The notes beneath the pieces are model-generated. The model saw nothing but the letters and a program-made list of their open reading frames with translations. It was not told where the DNA came from and made no database searches. The position numbers were made by a program, and so were the translations under genes. Source: a virus. Taken from it: 64,000 nucleotides of DNA. The DNA is taken from IMG/VR virus record IMGVR_UViG_3300045988_089273; one strand, written 5' to 3'. The stretch's first letter is position 1; each line of letters begins with the position of its first letter. Positions 39,433-48,089 of this stretch are shown one piece after another.

Positions 39433-40905
39433 TCATTTAGCCATTTCTGTGATTCTTTTGAATGTTCCTTTCGGAATAAATTCAAATACAAATCCCTCAT
39501 CATTCGGATACGGGATGCGGATGAAGTACCATCTCAGTCCTTTGCTGTCGGTTTCCACATACTTCATCACCTCTACAACTGCACCTTTTTTTAACTTCGG
39601 GAACAGCTTTGACGGGCTGTTTTTGTTTGATTTTGTATAACATTTTGTGTCCTTTTTTATCTGCGCAATGTAAGCTCTGGTGTTCATTTTTGAGTTTTGG
39701 TTTGGTGTCGCAGTGTCTCCAGATAATGAACCACTGGTAATTGCAATTGCCACATGATGATCGTCATTCAGGAGAATATCTCCTGCCTTAATGTAGTCAC
39801 CAGATTTCAAATATTTTGGGTCTGTCAAGACTTTTGCACCTGTCTCTTTTAACGCCTGGCGCATATCGTAAGTAGTCAAATAAATGCTAACTGCTTTCAA
39901 CTTTGCATTGTCCAGACGGTATCCTGCGCCTTTTATGATAGCTGCTGTACTGGCACTACAATCACTCTCGCAATCCTTTTTTATTTTAGCAGGGTCATAC
40001 CCGTTAGCTTTGAGCTGTTGCCAAAATGTGTATCTGTCATTGCTGTTCCCTACGGTTCCCTGATCGTAACCAATATGGTTGTTTTGAGCTGCTTTTGTTG
40101 CCATGTCTGCAATCATATCGGCAATTGTTTTATCTTCAAATCTCAGAACGCAGAGCCATGGTCTGCTGTACCAATTCATAATCTGATATTCTGTTCCGGT
40201 CTGATCGCCGGCTTTTCCGCCTGCATATCTACCGTTCTCGTCATGCCCGCAATTACTAATTTTTACTGTTGCCATTTGCTGTACCTCGCTTTCTGGAAAA
40301 TATGTTTTTAGTGCATTATAAACAAACCTCTGTCTGTCCTTATATGCACCGACTTGGTTCCCTGTGTCCGTCTGGCAGGCTGCATAGAGATTGTCGAGTG
40401 TATATGGCTTCTGGGTCTTTGCCAAAATCCTCGTTACCGCCCCTTGCCCGCCTTGGTGCCTAAAGTTCACACACATAGCTTGCGCTCTAGCGTCCGTAAC
40501 GCCCTGTTTAAGGGCTTCTTTTGCATAGGTGGCTAATTGTTCATCCATAAGACTATCTTGGCATTTAACGCCCAAATCGGATGAAATAAGGGCAACTATG
40601 GTATTAGCAAGCTGTGATACTCTGGAAATATTAAAACATTCCCAGTTTGCAGTCTGGACTTGTTCCAGAAGTCTAACCTTATCTATCTTCTCCCACTGTT
40701 CCGGACTGGCATCGTAAATTCGTTCCAGAAGCGTTTTAGCTTCGGTTGCGTACCACTGTCCTGCCCCGATTGTAATTGCGTGTTCTTCAGAAGAATTGGT
40801 GTAGGCTTCCGCGAAGTCGGAATAATCCTGCTGTCCGTAAACCTGTCCGCCGGTTTCGACTGCATAAACAATCTTCCTGAGAACTACTTTTTGTTCGTTT
40901 GTCAA
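39433..40905 (-). CDS. endolysin (N-terminal glycosidase-like region, central amidase/peptidase-like domain, C-terminal SH3-like binding domain)
   Basis: ISNCGHDENGRYAGGKAGDQTGTEY...GDILLNDDHHVAIAI is the cell-wall-hydrolase module common in gut Firmicutes phages. It is last in the late operon. TTG start at 40905 forms a TTGA overlap with the upstream stop. Confidence 0.7.
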   Translation of the reverse strand: MTNEQKVVLRKIVYAVETGGQVYGQQDYSDFAEAYTNSSEEHAITIGAGQWYATEAKTLLERIYDASPEQWEKIDKVRLLEQVQTANWECFNISRVSQLANTIVALISSDLGVKCQDSLMDEQLATYAKEALKQGVTDARAQAMCVNFRHQGGQGAVTRILAKTQKPYTLDNLYAACQTDTGNQVGAYKDRQRFVYNALKTYFPESEVQQMATVKISNCGHDENGRYAGGKAGDQTGTEYQIMNWYSRPWLCVLRFEDKTIADMIADMATKAAQNNHIGYDQGTVGNSNDRYTFWQQLKANGYDPAKIKKDCESDCSASTAAIIKGAGYRLDNAKLKAVSIYLTTYDMRQALKETGAKVLTDPKYLKSGDYIKAGDILLNDDHHVAIAITSGSLSGDTATPNQNSKMNTRAYIAQIKKDTKCYTKSNKNSPSKLFPKLKKGAVVEVMKYVETDSKGLRWYFIRIPYPNDEGFVFEFIPKGTFKRITEMAK

Positions 40906-41189
40906 TACAATCCGCTCCTTTCATTGTTTTCGAATCTGTATTTTTGTTGAATACTCGGATATTTATTGTGATCAACTTCGCTCATAAACATGTCAAGCGG
41001 TCTGGCATATAATTTCCTGTTTCCGTACAACGCCCTGTAAATCATCATGTTTTCTTCACTTTCCGTATGTTCAGCCAATCCAACAATTTCATACAGATAG
41101 TCATTTGTTCCCGGATTTCTGATTGTTTCCCGTTTGAAATGCCTTACGATTGTTCCTGGTTCTGGGATATTTCTGCCATATTTGTTCAT
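40902..41189 (-). CDS. DUF1653 domain protein
   Basis: IVRHFKRE...YLYEIVGLAEHTESEENMMIYRALYG...YARPLDMF matches the DUF1653 pattern. Start at ATG 41189 with AAGGAG 8 nt upstream. Confidence 0.65.
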   Translation of the reverse strand: MNKYGRNIPEPGTIVRHFKRETIRNPGTNDYLYEIVGLAEHTESEENMMIYRALYGNRKLYARPLDMFMSEVDHNKYPSIQQKYRFENNERSGLY

Positions 41190-41368
41190 ATACATTGCTC
41201 CTTTCTGTTAAATATGCATTGTAAGCTCCGTATTTGCCCCTAAAATCAATTTTTATATGTTGTTCGAGGATTTTATCGAATCGCACATAAAATCAATGTA
41301 TGAGCCAAATACAAGGTTGTTAATAAAAAATGGTTTGCCTTGGGCTGAAACGAATCAAGAATGTCAGG

Positions 41369-41494
41369 GTCGAATAGCGCTTATTCGACGATTAATATAT
41401 ATCTCGTATATATATTAATTATATTCTTATTCTATTTCTTATTCTTATTCTATTGCGTTACATTGCGTTACTGGTAACGTTATTGTAACGTTAC
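41369..41494. repeat. cluster of palindromes and short direct repeats
   Basis: A 21-bp palindrome GTCGAATAGCGCTTATTCGAC (41369..41389) and an AT palindrome (41392..41418). TTCTTATTCTATT occurs twice (41424, 41442). ATTGCGTTAC occurs in tandem twice (41452..41471), followed by two inverted GTAACG sites up to 41494. Confidence 0.8.
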
Positions 41495-41663
41495 ATTGAG
41501 ATATTATGTAAACGAAAAACGCTTGTTGACAGAATATTCATTTCTGGATTTCATTATTTTCTCATATGATTGATTCATTCTGAAAATAAGAAAAATTTAC
41601 GTTTACAAATTATTCATTTTTTATTTTCAATATAGTTACATTTTAGTACGGTCGGGACTGAGA

Positions 41664-41749
41664 TTTTGGGGTTATTTTGACAAATAAGGGTTTATTTCAG
41701 TTTTTCTGGAAAATGCGCTCTTATTTGCGGTTTTGGGGTTCTTATTTGA
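41664..41749. repeat. direct repeat TTTTGGGGTT(C)TTATTTGA (two copies) plus CTTATTTG-type motifs
   Basis: Copies at 41664..41680 and 41731..41749. A related CTCTTATTTGCGG lies at 41718. Confidence 0.6.
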
Positions 41750-41770
41750 TGAAATTAGTGTTGGAATAAG

Positions 41771-41824
41771 CAAAAAGAGCCAAGGGATTGAGTCCGTTTC
41801 GGCTTGACTCGTTCCGCTCGGCTC
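41771..41824 (-). terminator. compound terminator after the tail module
   Basis: GAGCC (41777..41781) pairs with GGCTC (41820..41824), enclosing a GAGTC/GACTC hairpin. Followed on the minus strand by TTTTTG. Confidence 0.5.
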
Positions 41825-41917
41825 CGAATTCTTTTAAGAATCAGATGCAAATTTTTATGGTTTTATTATAGCATATTTGGGGCAGTTTTACAATAAATGC
41901 TTACTGTTGGTTAGCCT

Positions 41918-43114
41918 TTAAATCTTAAATATATCACAATAGGTTGTTAAAGCAAACGGTCTAGAATAGACAAACACCGTTCCATCTTCTATAATTATTC
42001 CGTCAACACCAATGCAGCGCTGGCTTGATGTATATACAACATCGTTTTTACTAACCGCTCCGCCCTTACTAATTCTTACTGTCGGATAAATATTCGGTAA
42101 TCCCAGACATAAATATTCGTTTCCGTATGGTACAAATCCGCGGCTTGCAGAAAAATCAGAATCTCGGCATTTCACTGCATAATTAGTACCTACAAGTTCA
42201 CAAATGCTTTCATTGCGTCTCCATAAAGATTTTCCATTATGGTTTCCTGCATAATAACTGCGGTAATCGCCTTGTGTTCCAGATAAGACTTTAAGTGATG
42301 GTTCTTTCGTACTCACTTCTGTCAAACGTGAATCCGAATTATATCCCACACCCTCAGTTGCAATATAATAATAATTTCCGTTGTGCGGCTCTGAGGATAT
42401 AGTTGTAGTATAGACGCACCAATCGTCATATGAGTCGTATTTATAGTTGCAATTTAATGTCGGGCTTTGTTGCCGCTCGATTAATTCCCCCTCTTCAAAA
42501 ACAAGCGTTTCAAGCAAAAGCGGTGTATATTTTCCACTGTCCCAACTCGCTGATGTGCAGTATGAGCACACGAGATGAAAGCGATTATTTTCAACCCACA
42601 TTTTGTATGGAACTACAGCTGCGCATTGAGAATTTTTGGTCTTATCGAATTCGAGCAGATAATCTTTTTTAAAATGACTTTTGAGTTTCATATCACTTGA
42701 GTAAATATAAAAATCCAAAATTCTAATATATGTAATCTCATCTGTCGAATCTGGAACTGTACCTTGAGATTTTGACCATTCCATAACATACAGTTCTCCG
42801 TTAAAAATACCCACAGATGCACTACGCATGACGCTATTGTAGCTTCCAACTTCATGAACTTTTTCATAGTATGGACTAGATGATTTTGGCGTAGCAATCA
42901 TATAAGAACTCCCCTTACCTGCACCTGTAGCAGTTAGCGATAAAAGCGAACGTTGACCGCAATGAATTACATTTCTAACATGCCATCCCGAAAACATACC
43001 TCCATTCTCTTTTTCCCATAACAGTGTGTCACCTCCGTATATGGCGTTGGTATTTACGCCCAAAATAGGGAAATCTGTAATTTCTTTGCCGTTTGCAAAA
43101 GCCCTGTAAATCAT
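41918..43114 (-). CDS. distal tail / putative receptor-binding accessory protein (398 aa)
   Basis: Last gene of the tail module, directly after the large tail protein. Beta-rich and Tyr/Ser/Gly-rich. No family recognised. Confidence 0.55.
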   Translation of the reverse strand: MIYRAFANGKEITDFPILGVNTNAIYGGDTLLWEKENGGMFSGWHVRNVIHCGQRSLLSLTATGAGKGSSYMIATPKSSSPYYEKVHEVGSYNSVMRSASVGIFNGELYVMEWSKSQGTVPDSTDEITYIRILDFYIYSSDMKLKSHFKKDYLLEFDKTKNSQCAAVVPYKMWVENNRFHLVCSYCTSASWDSGKYTPLLLETLVFEEGELIERQQSPTLNCNYKYDSYDDWCVYTTTISSEPHNGNYYYIATEGVGYNSDSRLTEVSTKEPSLKVLSGTQGDYRSYYAGNHNGKSLWRRNESICELVGTNYAVKCRDSDFSASRGFVPYGNEYLCLGLPNIYPTVRISKGGAVSKNDVVYTSSQRCIGVDGIIIEDGTVFVYSRPFALTTYCDIFKI

Positions 43115-43125
43115 CTGTCACCCTC

Positions 43126-46100
43126 CTATTCGTAAGTAAAATACAATGTATCTTTTCGGTCTGTTCCTGCGGCTACCAGAGCGTCATAATCAGCTTTTTT
43201 GATTCGCTTCACACACCTTAATTGTGCCTTTTTTAGTTCGGTTGAAGAACTTCCAGAACCGTCCGTAAAATCATCAATCGTTGCAATTCCAGATTCCGTT
43301 CCGTCTGTAAATTCTGCATAACTAATGGTCGGCATTTCAGACCTTGTTCTATTGATCGTAGATGTGATTTCTGGCGTGTTCTTGCCTAATTGCTGATTGT
43401 TTCCGTTATACGGTGAATTGTTGGCAGTGTATGTGTCAATAAGCCCTGTAATGCCTAATTTCAGTGTCCTACTCATGATATAGCTATGAATCACCCACTG
43501 TATTGCAGAACCGTCCTCAGAAAGCTTGGAATGCGTCATTTCCACGGTTTGTCCAACCATATTGAACGGATTCCCTTGTACTTCCACAGAGTATCCCTGT
43601 GCCCGATAATACTGCTTTTTGATAATGTCCTCTGCGACAGTTCCATAACAGATTGCATACTTCGGTTTTGTTCGGGTGTAGTCCCCGTATTCGTTAGCAT
43701 CGTAAGCATAATTCAACCAGTCTTGATTGCCTACGAAAAAGCTGTTACGATTGTAGAATACGTTCCTTTCGTATGCGTCTTGTGCGGTTGGTTCGCCAGA
43801 TGTAAATATTTCACCGGATGGGTCTGGGTCGGTGTAAACGTAGTTAAAAAACCACACTCTTCCCTCTGTTGCCTTGAAACTTTTGAATCTGTCAAGATGT
43901 ACCGCAGACTCATAAAAATCGAATGTTTCAACGCCGGAAACTGTCGTGCCGCGGTGTTTGCAGTTCTTTTTAAGCTTTTTATACTCAAATTTTCCATCCC
44001 TATTCATCCAGCCAAAAACATTGTTTTGCAGACATAAATCTTCCAGTATATTAGCCACATTCATTTCAGAAGAATTGGCAGTATTTGGCACATATGCGCT
44101 GTCATATTTGAGTTTTACATCGACTTGCTCAATGCCAAGATACTTAAATAAAGCATCTCTGAACTGCTTCTGTGTAAACACCATTTGCTTGTCTTTTGTG
44201 TTGTTTTTATACCACCATGCAATGTCAGTATTCCGCAATTTATACAGATAATCGTATGCCACAATGGTACGAACAAATGAATTTGCGCCACGTTCTCCTG
44301 TCGCAATTTCACCAGTAAATATCTTAATTTCTGTCCCTTTACATTCAAGATAAACCTCGATTTTCCCAGATGGATAAGTAGTTTCATCTGTCCCGATAAA
44401 CTGTTGATGATAACACTTGAATGTGATCTGGTTGGATATGCAGCCGCCAAAAATGAAGTATGCTTTATTGCACAATGATTCCTGCAATGACAGCGTATTG
44501 GATTGAATATTATCGTTTGTCAAGTCCTCAAATTCGCCATTTATCCAATGCACTTTCACGTTGATTGGATCGGTGTTATCTTCAAATGGGTTCTTTCCGT
44601 CCTTGGTCACTTTGATCTCAAATTCATCATATCCAACGAACGTTTCTATTCCTCCAATTTCAGTTTGATAAGACACTGTGATGGTTTTTGTTCCGGCTTT
44701 AGAACTGTCAAATCCAGAGACGGTGTAATCCGTGATTTCTTTCTCTGTATTATCTGTCCGCATAGCCGCAACAACCAACCCTGTCGGGTCAAATGTTTCG
44801 CCTACTCTGTAATAAGTTTTCTCCGGATAATGTGTGATGCGGATTCCTTGCAGTTCATACACAAGAACTTTGAATGTAGCGGTATGGTTTTTATAGGCTA
44901 CTGTGATTTCTTTTTCTCCGATTGATGAGCTGTCAAGTTCAGAGACAGTAAAACCAGATGTTATCGTTTCAGACGTTCCATCAGTGTATTTTACTAAAAC
45001 TGTCAATCCGGTAGAATCAAGTGTATTACCTACAAGGTATTCTTGCTTTGTGGGTGGTGTTTTAATTTCTATTCCGGTTATATCAACAACCAGGATCGAG
45101 AAATCTACGGTTTTCTCATCGAATGTAACCGTTACAGTTTTGCTTCCATATGCTGACATATCCGGGCTTGACAGGGTATATCCTGTTACTTGTTCGGATG
45201 TGTTGTCATTGTAGTATACAGTAATTACAAGTCCTGTGCTGTCAAAAGTTTCACCTACGAAATATCTGGCTTTGGTTGGCATATGAGTGGCTTCAAGCCT
45301 GGTTACTCGAATCAACCATGTGATTGTGCCTGTTGCTCCCCATGGGGAACCGGAGATTTCATTTGTTTTTTTATTCAGTGTGACGTTTGTTGTAGCTTGC
45401 GCAACAAAGGCGTCTTCACCGATGGTAGTCACACTCGCAGGAACAGAAACATTGACAAGCCGAGTGTTAGAAAATGCTGCTTTTCCAATAGTTTGAACGC
45501 CATTTGGAATCTCTAAATTTTTGAGTGAAGTCCCGGAAAATGCGCTTTCTCCAATGTTTGTAACACTTGCAGGAATTTTAATCTCTGTGATTTTTCCACA
45601 GTTTGAAAAACATAATGGTGGTATTTCTGTTATCCCGCTTTCAATGGTAACTGATTTTAAAGTATCGAAGCACGGTGAAAAATGCGATTTCCCGATAAAT
45701 TTAACTGCGCTTTTTAACGTAAGGTTTTCGAGTACAGAGAGTGAAATTGTACCGCCTGTTCCATCAATGGTTCCGCCTCGAATTATCAAACTCTTGCAAC
45801 TTGGAATATAGATTCCAGACGAACTAATCATGGAATCTGTGCTTCCAATTTCTACATTATTTATTTTGGCACCTGCAAAAGCACCAGATGATAGCAAATT
45901 TAATGATAATGGGAAAACAACGCTATCCAACGATTGAAATCCGTTTAACGTTCCACCTTGAATTTCTTGCAAGCCTTCATGAAAAACAATCTCTGTTAGG
46001 TTGGGGCAAGAACTGAACGTACCACCTTGAATAGCTTTAAGACTCGCAGGAAACTCTAACTTAGTTCCTAAAAAAGTAGTAAAGTTTCCACCAGCAATAC

Positions 46101-47592
46101 TTGTAATTGTGTTTCCTAATTCGATACATGTTAAACTTTCAAATTGGTATCCGAATCCACCCGTGATTTCAGTGATTCCGTCACTAAAAGTAATCTTTAC
46201 ACATCTTTTGAACAAACTATCAGGAACTATAATATTTTCCGAATTTTCATGCAAAATTTTAATTTTCCCAGTTCCAGAAATGGAAAGCGTATTTGTATCA
46301 AGATTAAATTCGGCTGTTACATCTTCGTAATTCGGCGAACCGATATGTACTAAAAAAGAATCATATACATTAACTTTTATCGTATCGTCTGTTATACCAA
46401 AATAATTAACGTTAATAGTAACTGTGCCAGCCTCTGTAAGAACTTTATTTTCAACCGTAAAGCCACTGGTTACTTTTTCCGAACCATCCGAATATACGAC
46501 AACTATATAACTCACTGCTATATCTGTAGTATCCCCTACGAAATACGAAGCCCCAACATAACTCATTCCATTTATTTCTTCCGGCTGCATAATAGTAACT
46601 TCAAATGTACAAGTGAAACTGCCGTAATGAGCTGTGATTTCACTTTGTTTTGGAGAACTGCTGTCAAAACCAGAATACGTACAGTCTTTTGTGACATCTA
46701 TAGTATTCCCATCGCTTGCCGTTGCAGCAACCACAATGCCCGTAGAATCAAATTCTTTTCCGATGTGGTAATTTACCTTGGTTGGCATTGTAGTAACGGA
46801 TATGGTGGTAATAGAGGCTTCTGAGACGGTAATCTCAAACGTTGTGGTTTTGCCGGATACAGTAACGGTTATGGTCTTCGTACCTGCGGAGCTGCTATCA
46901 AAACCCGATAATTCGTAATTTGTGACACTGACCGTTTCTCCTGTGCTTGTTGTTCCAGATATTTCAAGTCCAGTTTTATCAAACAGCTCTTTCTGATAAT
47001 ATGTGGTCTTATCCGGCATTTTGGAAACAGTTATGCTAGCAATTACTACATCAGAATATTTTTCATAAGTAATCTCCTGCGACACACCTGCGTTCTTTAC
47101 CAGAATTGAAATCGGTACCGTAGAAGATACGGAAATATTCAGGCTTGTTGTGGTTTCCCCGTCGGTAATTGACGATGTGCCAGTGTATGAACTGCTTGTA
47201 GGCCTCTGGACAACATTGACAAAAAGAGTCTGTCCCTCTATCAAAAATACTTCATATTTCAGTGCGTACGATGAGGCTGTGCTTGAATAATGCACATAGC
47301 CCTCAACTCTGATTTTAAGGAATCTTTTTCCTGATGTGAGTGTCCCCTCTTGACGGTAAACATAATAAATCACACCATCCCTGCGCCAGATTTTGAGCTG
47401 TTCGGCGTTTTGCCCGAATCCGATAAAATTGTTTCCAGAAACATATATGGTACTGGCAGTCTTGCCCGCGTAAGTAAACCAGTCAACGCCCGTGACACTA
47501 ACTACATCATCATCGTATTCCGTGTTATTAACAACAGCAGTCATCCCGGCTGTCGTATTCAATAAACTATCAAAAGATACTGTATCTGCCAT
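43126..47592 (-). CDS. large multidomain tail protein (Tal-like C-terminal region, six Ig-like repeats, BspA-type leucine-rich repeats)
   Basis: Six ~75-aa repeats of the form Y..G..FD.TGL.V...Y.DG....VT.Y..SGFDSS..G.K.ITV. A central LRR block reads IGESAFSGTSLKNLEIPNGVQTIGKAAFSNTRLVNVSVPASVTTIGEDAF. Start at ATG 47592 with a GGGAGG RBS. Confidence 0.8.
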   Translation of the reverse strand: MADTVSFDSLLNTTAGMTAVVNNTEYDDDVVSVTGVDWFTYAGKTASTIYVSGNNFIGFGQNAEQLKIWRRDGVIYYVYRQEGTLTSGKRFLKIRVEGYVHYSSTASSYALKYEVFLIEGQTLFVNVVQRPTSSSYTGTSSITDGETTTSLNISVSSTVPISILVKNAGVSQEITYEKYSDVVIASITVSKMPDKTTYYQKELFDKTGLEISGTTSTGETVSVTNYELSGFDSSSAGTKTITVTVSGKTTTFEITVSEASITTISVTTMPTKVNYHIGKEFDSTGIVVAATASDGNTIDVTKDCTYSGFDSSSPKQSEITAHYGSFTCTFEVTIMQPEEINGMSYVGASYFVGDTTDIAVSYIVVVYSDGSEKVTSGFTVENKVLTEAGTVTINVNYFGITDDTIKVNVYDSFLVHIGSPNYEDVTAEFNLDTNTLSISGTGKIKILHENSENIIVPDSLFKRCVKITFSDGITEITGGFGYQFESLTCIELGNTITSIAGGNFTTFLGTKLEFPASLKAIQGGTFSSCPNLTEIVFHEGLQEIQGGTLNGFQSLDSVVFPLSLNLLSSGAFAGAKINNVEIGSTDSMISSSGIYIPSCKSLIIRGGTIDGTGGTISLSVLENLTLKSAVKFIGKSHFSPCFDTLKSVTIESGITEIPPLCFSNCGKITEIKIPASVTNIGESAFSGTSLKNLEIPNGVQTIGKAAFSNTRLVNVSVPASVTTIGEDAFVAQATTNVTLNKKTNEISGSPWGATGTITWLIRVTRLEATHMPTKARYFVGETFDSTGLVITVYYNDNTSEQVTGYTLSSPDMSAYGSKTVTVTFDEKTVDFSILVVDITGIEIKTPPTKQEYLVGNTLDSTGLTVLVKYTDGTSETITSGFTVSELDSSSIGEKEITVAYKNHTATFKVLVYELQGIRITHYPEKTYYRVGETFDPTGLVVAAMRTDNTEKEITDYTVSGFDSSKAGTKTITVSYQTEIGGIETFVGYDEFEIKVTKDGKNPFEDNTDPINVKVHWINGEFEDLTNDNIQSNTLSLQESLCNKAYFIFGGCISNQITFKCYHQQFIGTDETTYPSGKIEVYLECKGTEIKIFTGEIATGERGANSFVRTIVAYDYLYKLRNTDIAWWYKNNTKDKQMVFTQKQFRDALFKYLGIEQVDVKLKYDSAYVPNTANSSEMNVANILEDLCLQNNVFGWMNRDGKFEYKKLKKNCKHRGTTVSGVETFDFYESAVHLDRFKSFKATEGRVWFFNYVYTDPDPSGEIFTSGEPTAQDAYERNVFYNRNSFFVGNQDWLNYAYDANEYGDYTRTKPKYAICYGTVAEDIIKKQYYRAQGYSVEVQGNPFNMVGQTVEMTHSKLSEDGSAIQWVIHSYIMSRTLKLGITGLIDTYTANNSPYNGNNQQLGKNTPEITSTINRTRSEMPTISYAEFTDGTESGIATIDDFTDGSGSSSTELKKAQLRCVKRIKKADYDALVAAGTDRKDTLYFTYE

Positions 47593-47655
47593 AATCATCC
47601 TCCCGTCTATAAAATAAAAGAGCACATGAGCTGTGACACCCATGCACTCTGGTTG

Positions 47656-48081
47656 TTAGTATTCGATCAGTGCGATTCTGATTTTGTTATACAAAATGTT
47701 ATTTCCTACAACTCTGATAGGTTTGTATTCAATATCAGGCATGTAAAAAACCCCTGTTCTGTAGGTGTTCTGTTCATCGTCCCAATATGTGACATTGTAC
47801 TTTCGCTGTGCTCTGTTGACCAGACCAGCTGCGAAAACAGACTGCATTTCTACTTTATCTGGTAACCACATCGGTCGCGTGTTGAAGTCTATTTTAGTCT
47901 TAAAATTCGGGCTTGTGTCTCTGTGCAAGAGGTTATTCAAGTCCCTGTATGCTTCTACCTCTGTTCGCTGATTCGGAGTTGCGGAGTAATCATCATAGGC
48001 TAAGAATTTGTTCGGGAGAACGCTTCCCCCGAACTTCAAAAACCAGCCTTGAAAACTACTTCCAGCAATAAAGTCACTCAT
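47656..48081 (-). CDS. distal tail protein (Dit-like), by position
   Basis: 141-aa ORF immediately downstream of the tape measure. Confidence 0.5.
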   Translation of the reverse strand: MSDFIAGSSFQGWFLKFGGSVLPNKFLAYDDYSATPNQRTEVEAYRDLNNLLHRDTSPNFKTKIDFNTRPMWLPDKVEMQSVFAAGLVNRAQRKYNVTYWDDEQNTYRTGVFYMPDIEYKPIRVVGNNILYNKIRIALIEY

Positions 48082-48089
48082 TCTATCAC

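Noticed and set aside
41369-41749. A CRISPR-like array or mini-array in the repeat-rich intergenic region.
   Set aside because: The repeats are 10-19 bp, irregularly spaced and partly inverted, with no 25-40-bp repeat/spacer periodicity. No cas genes in the window.
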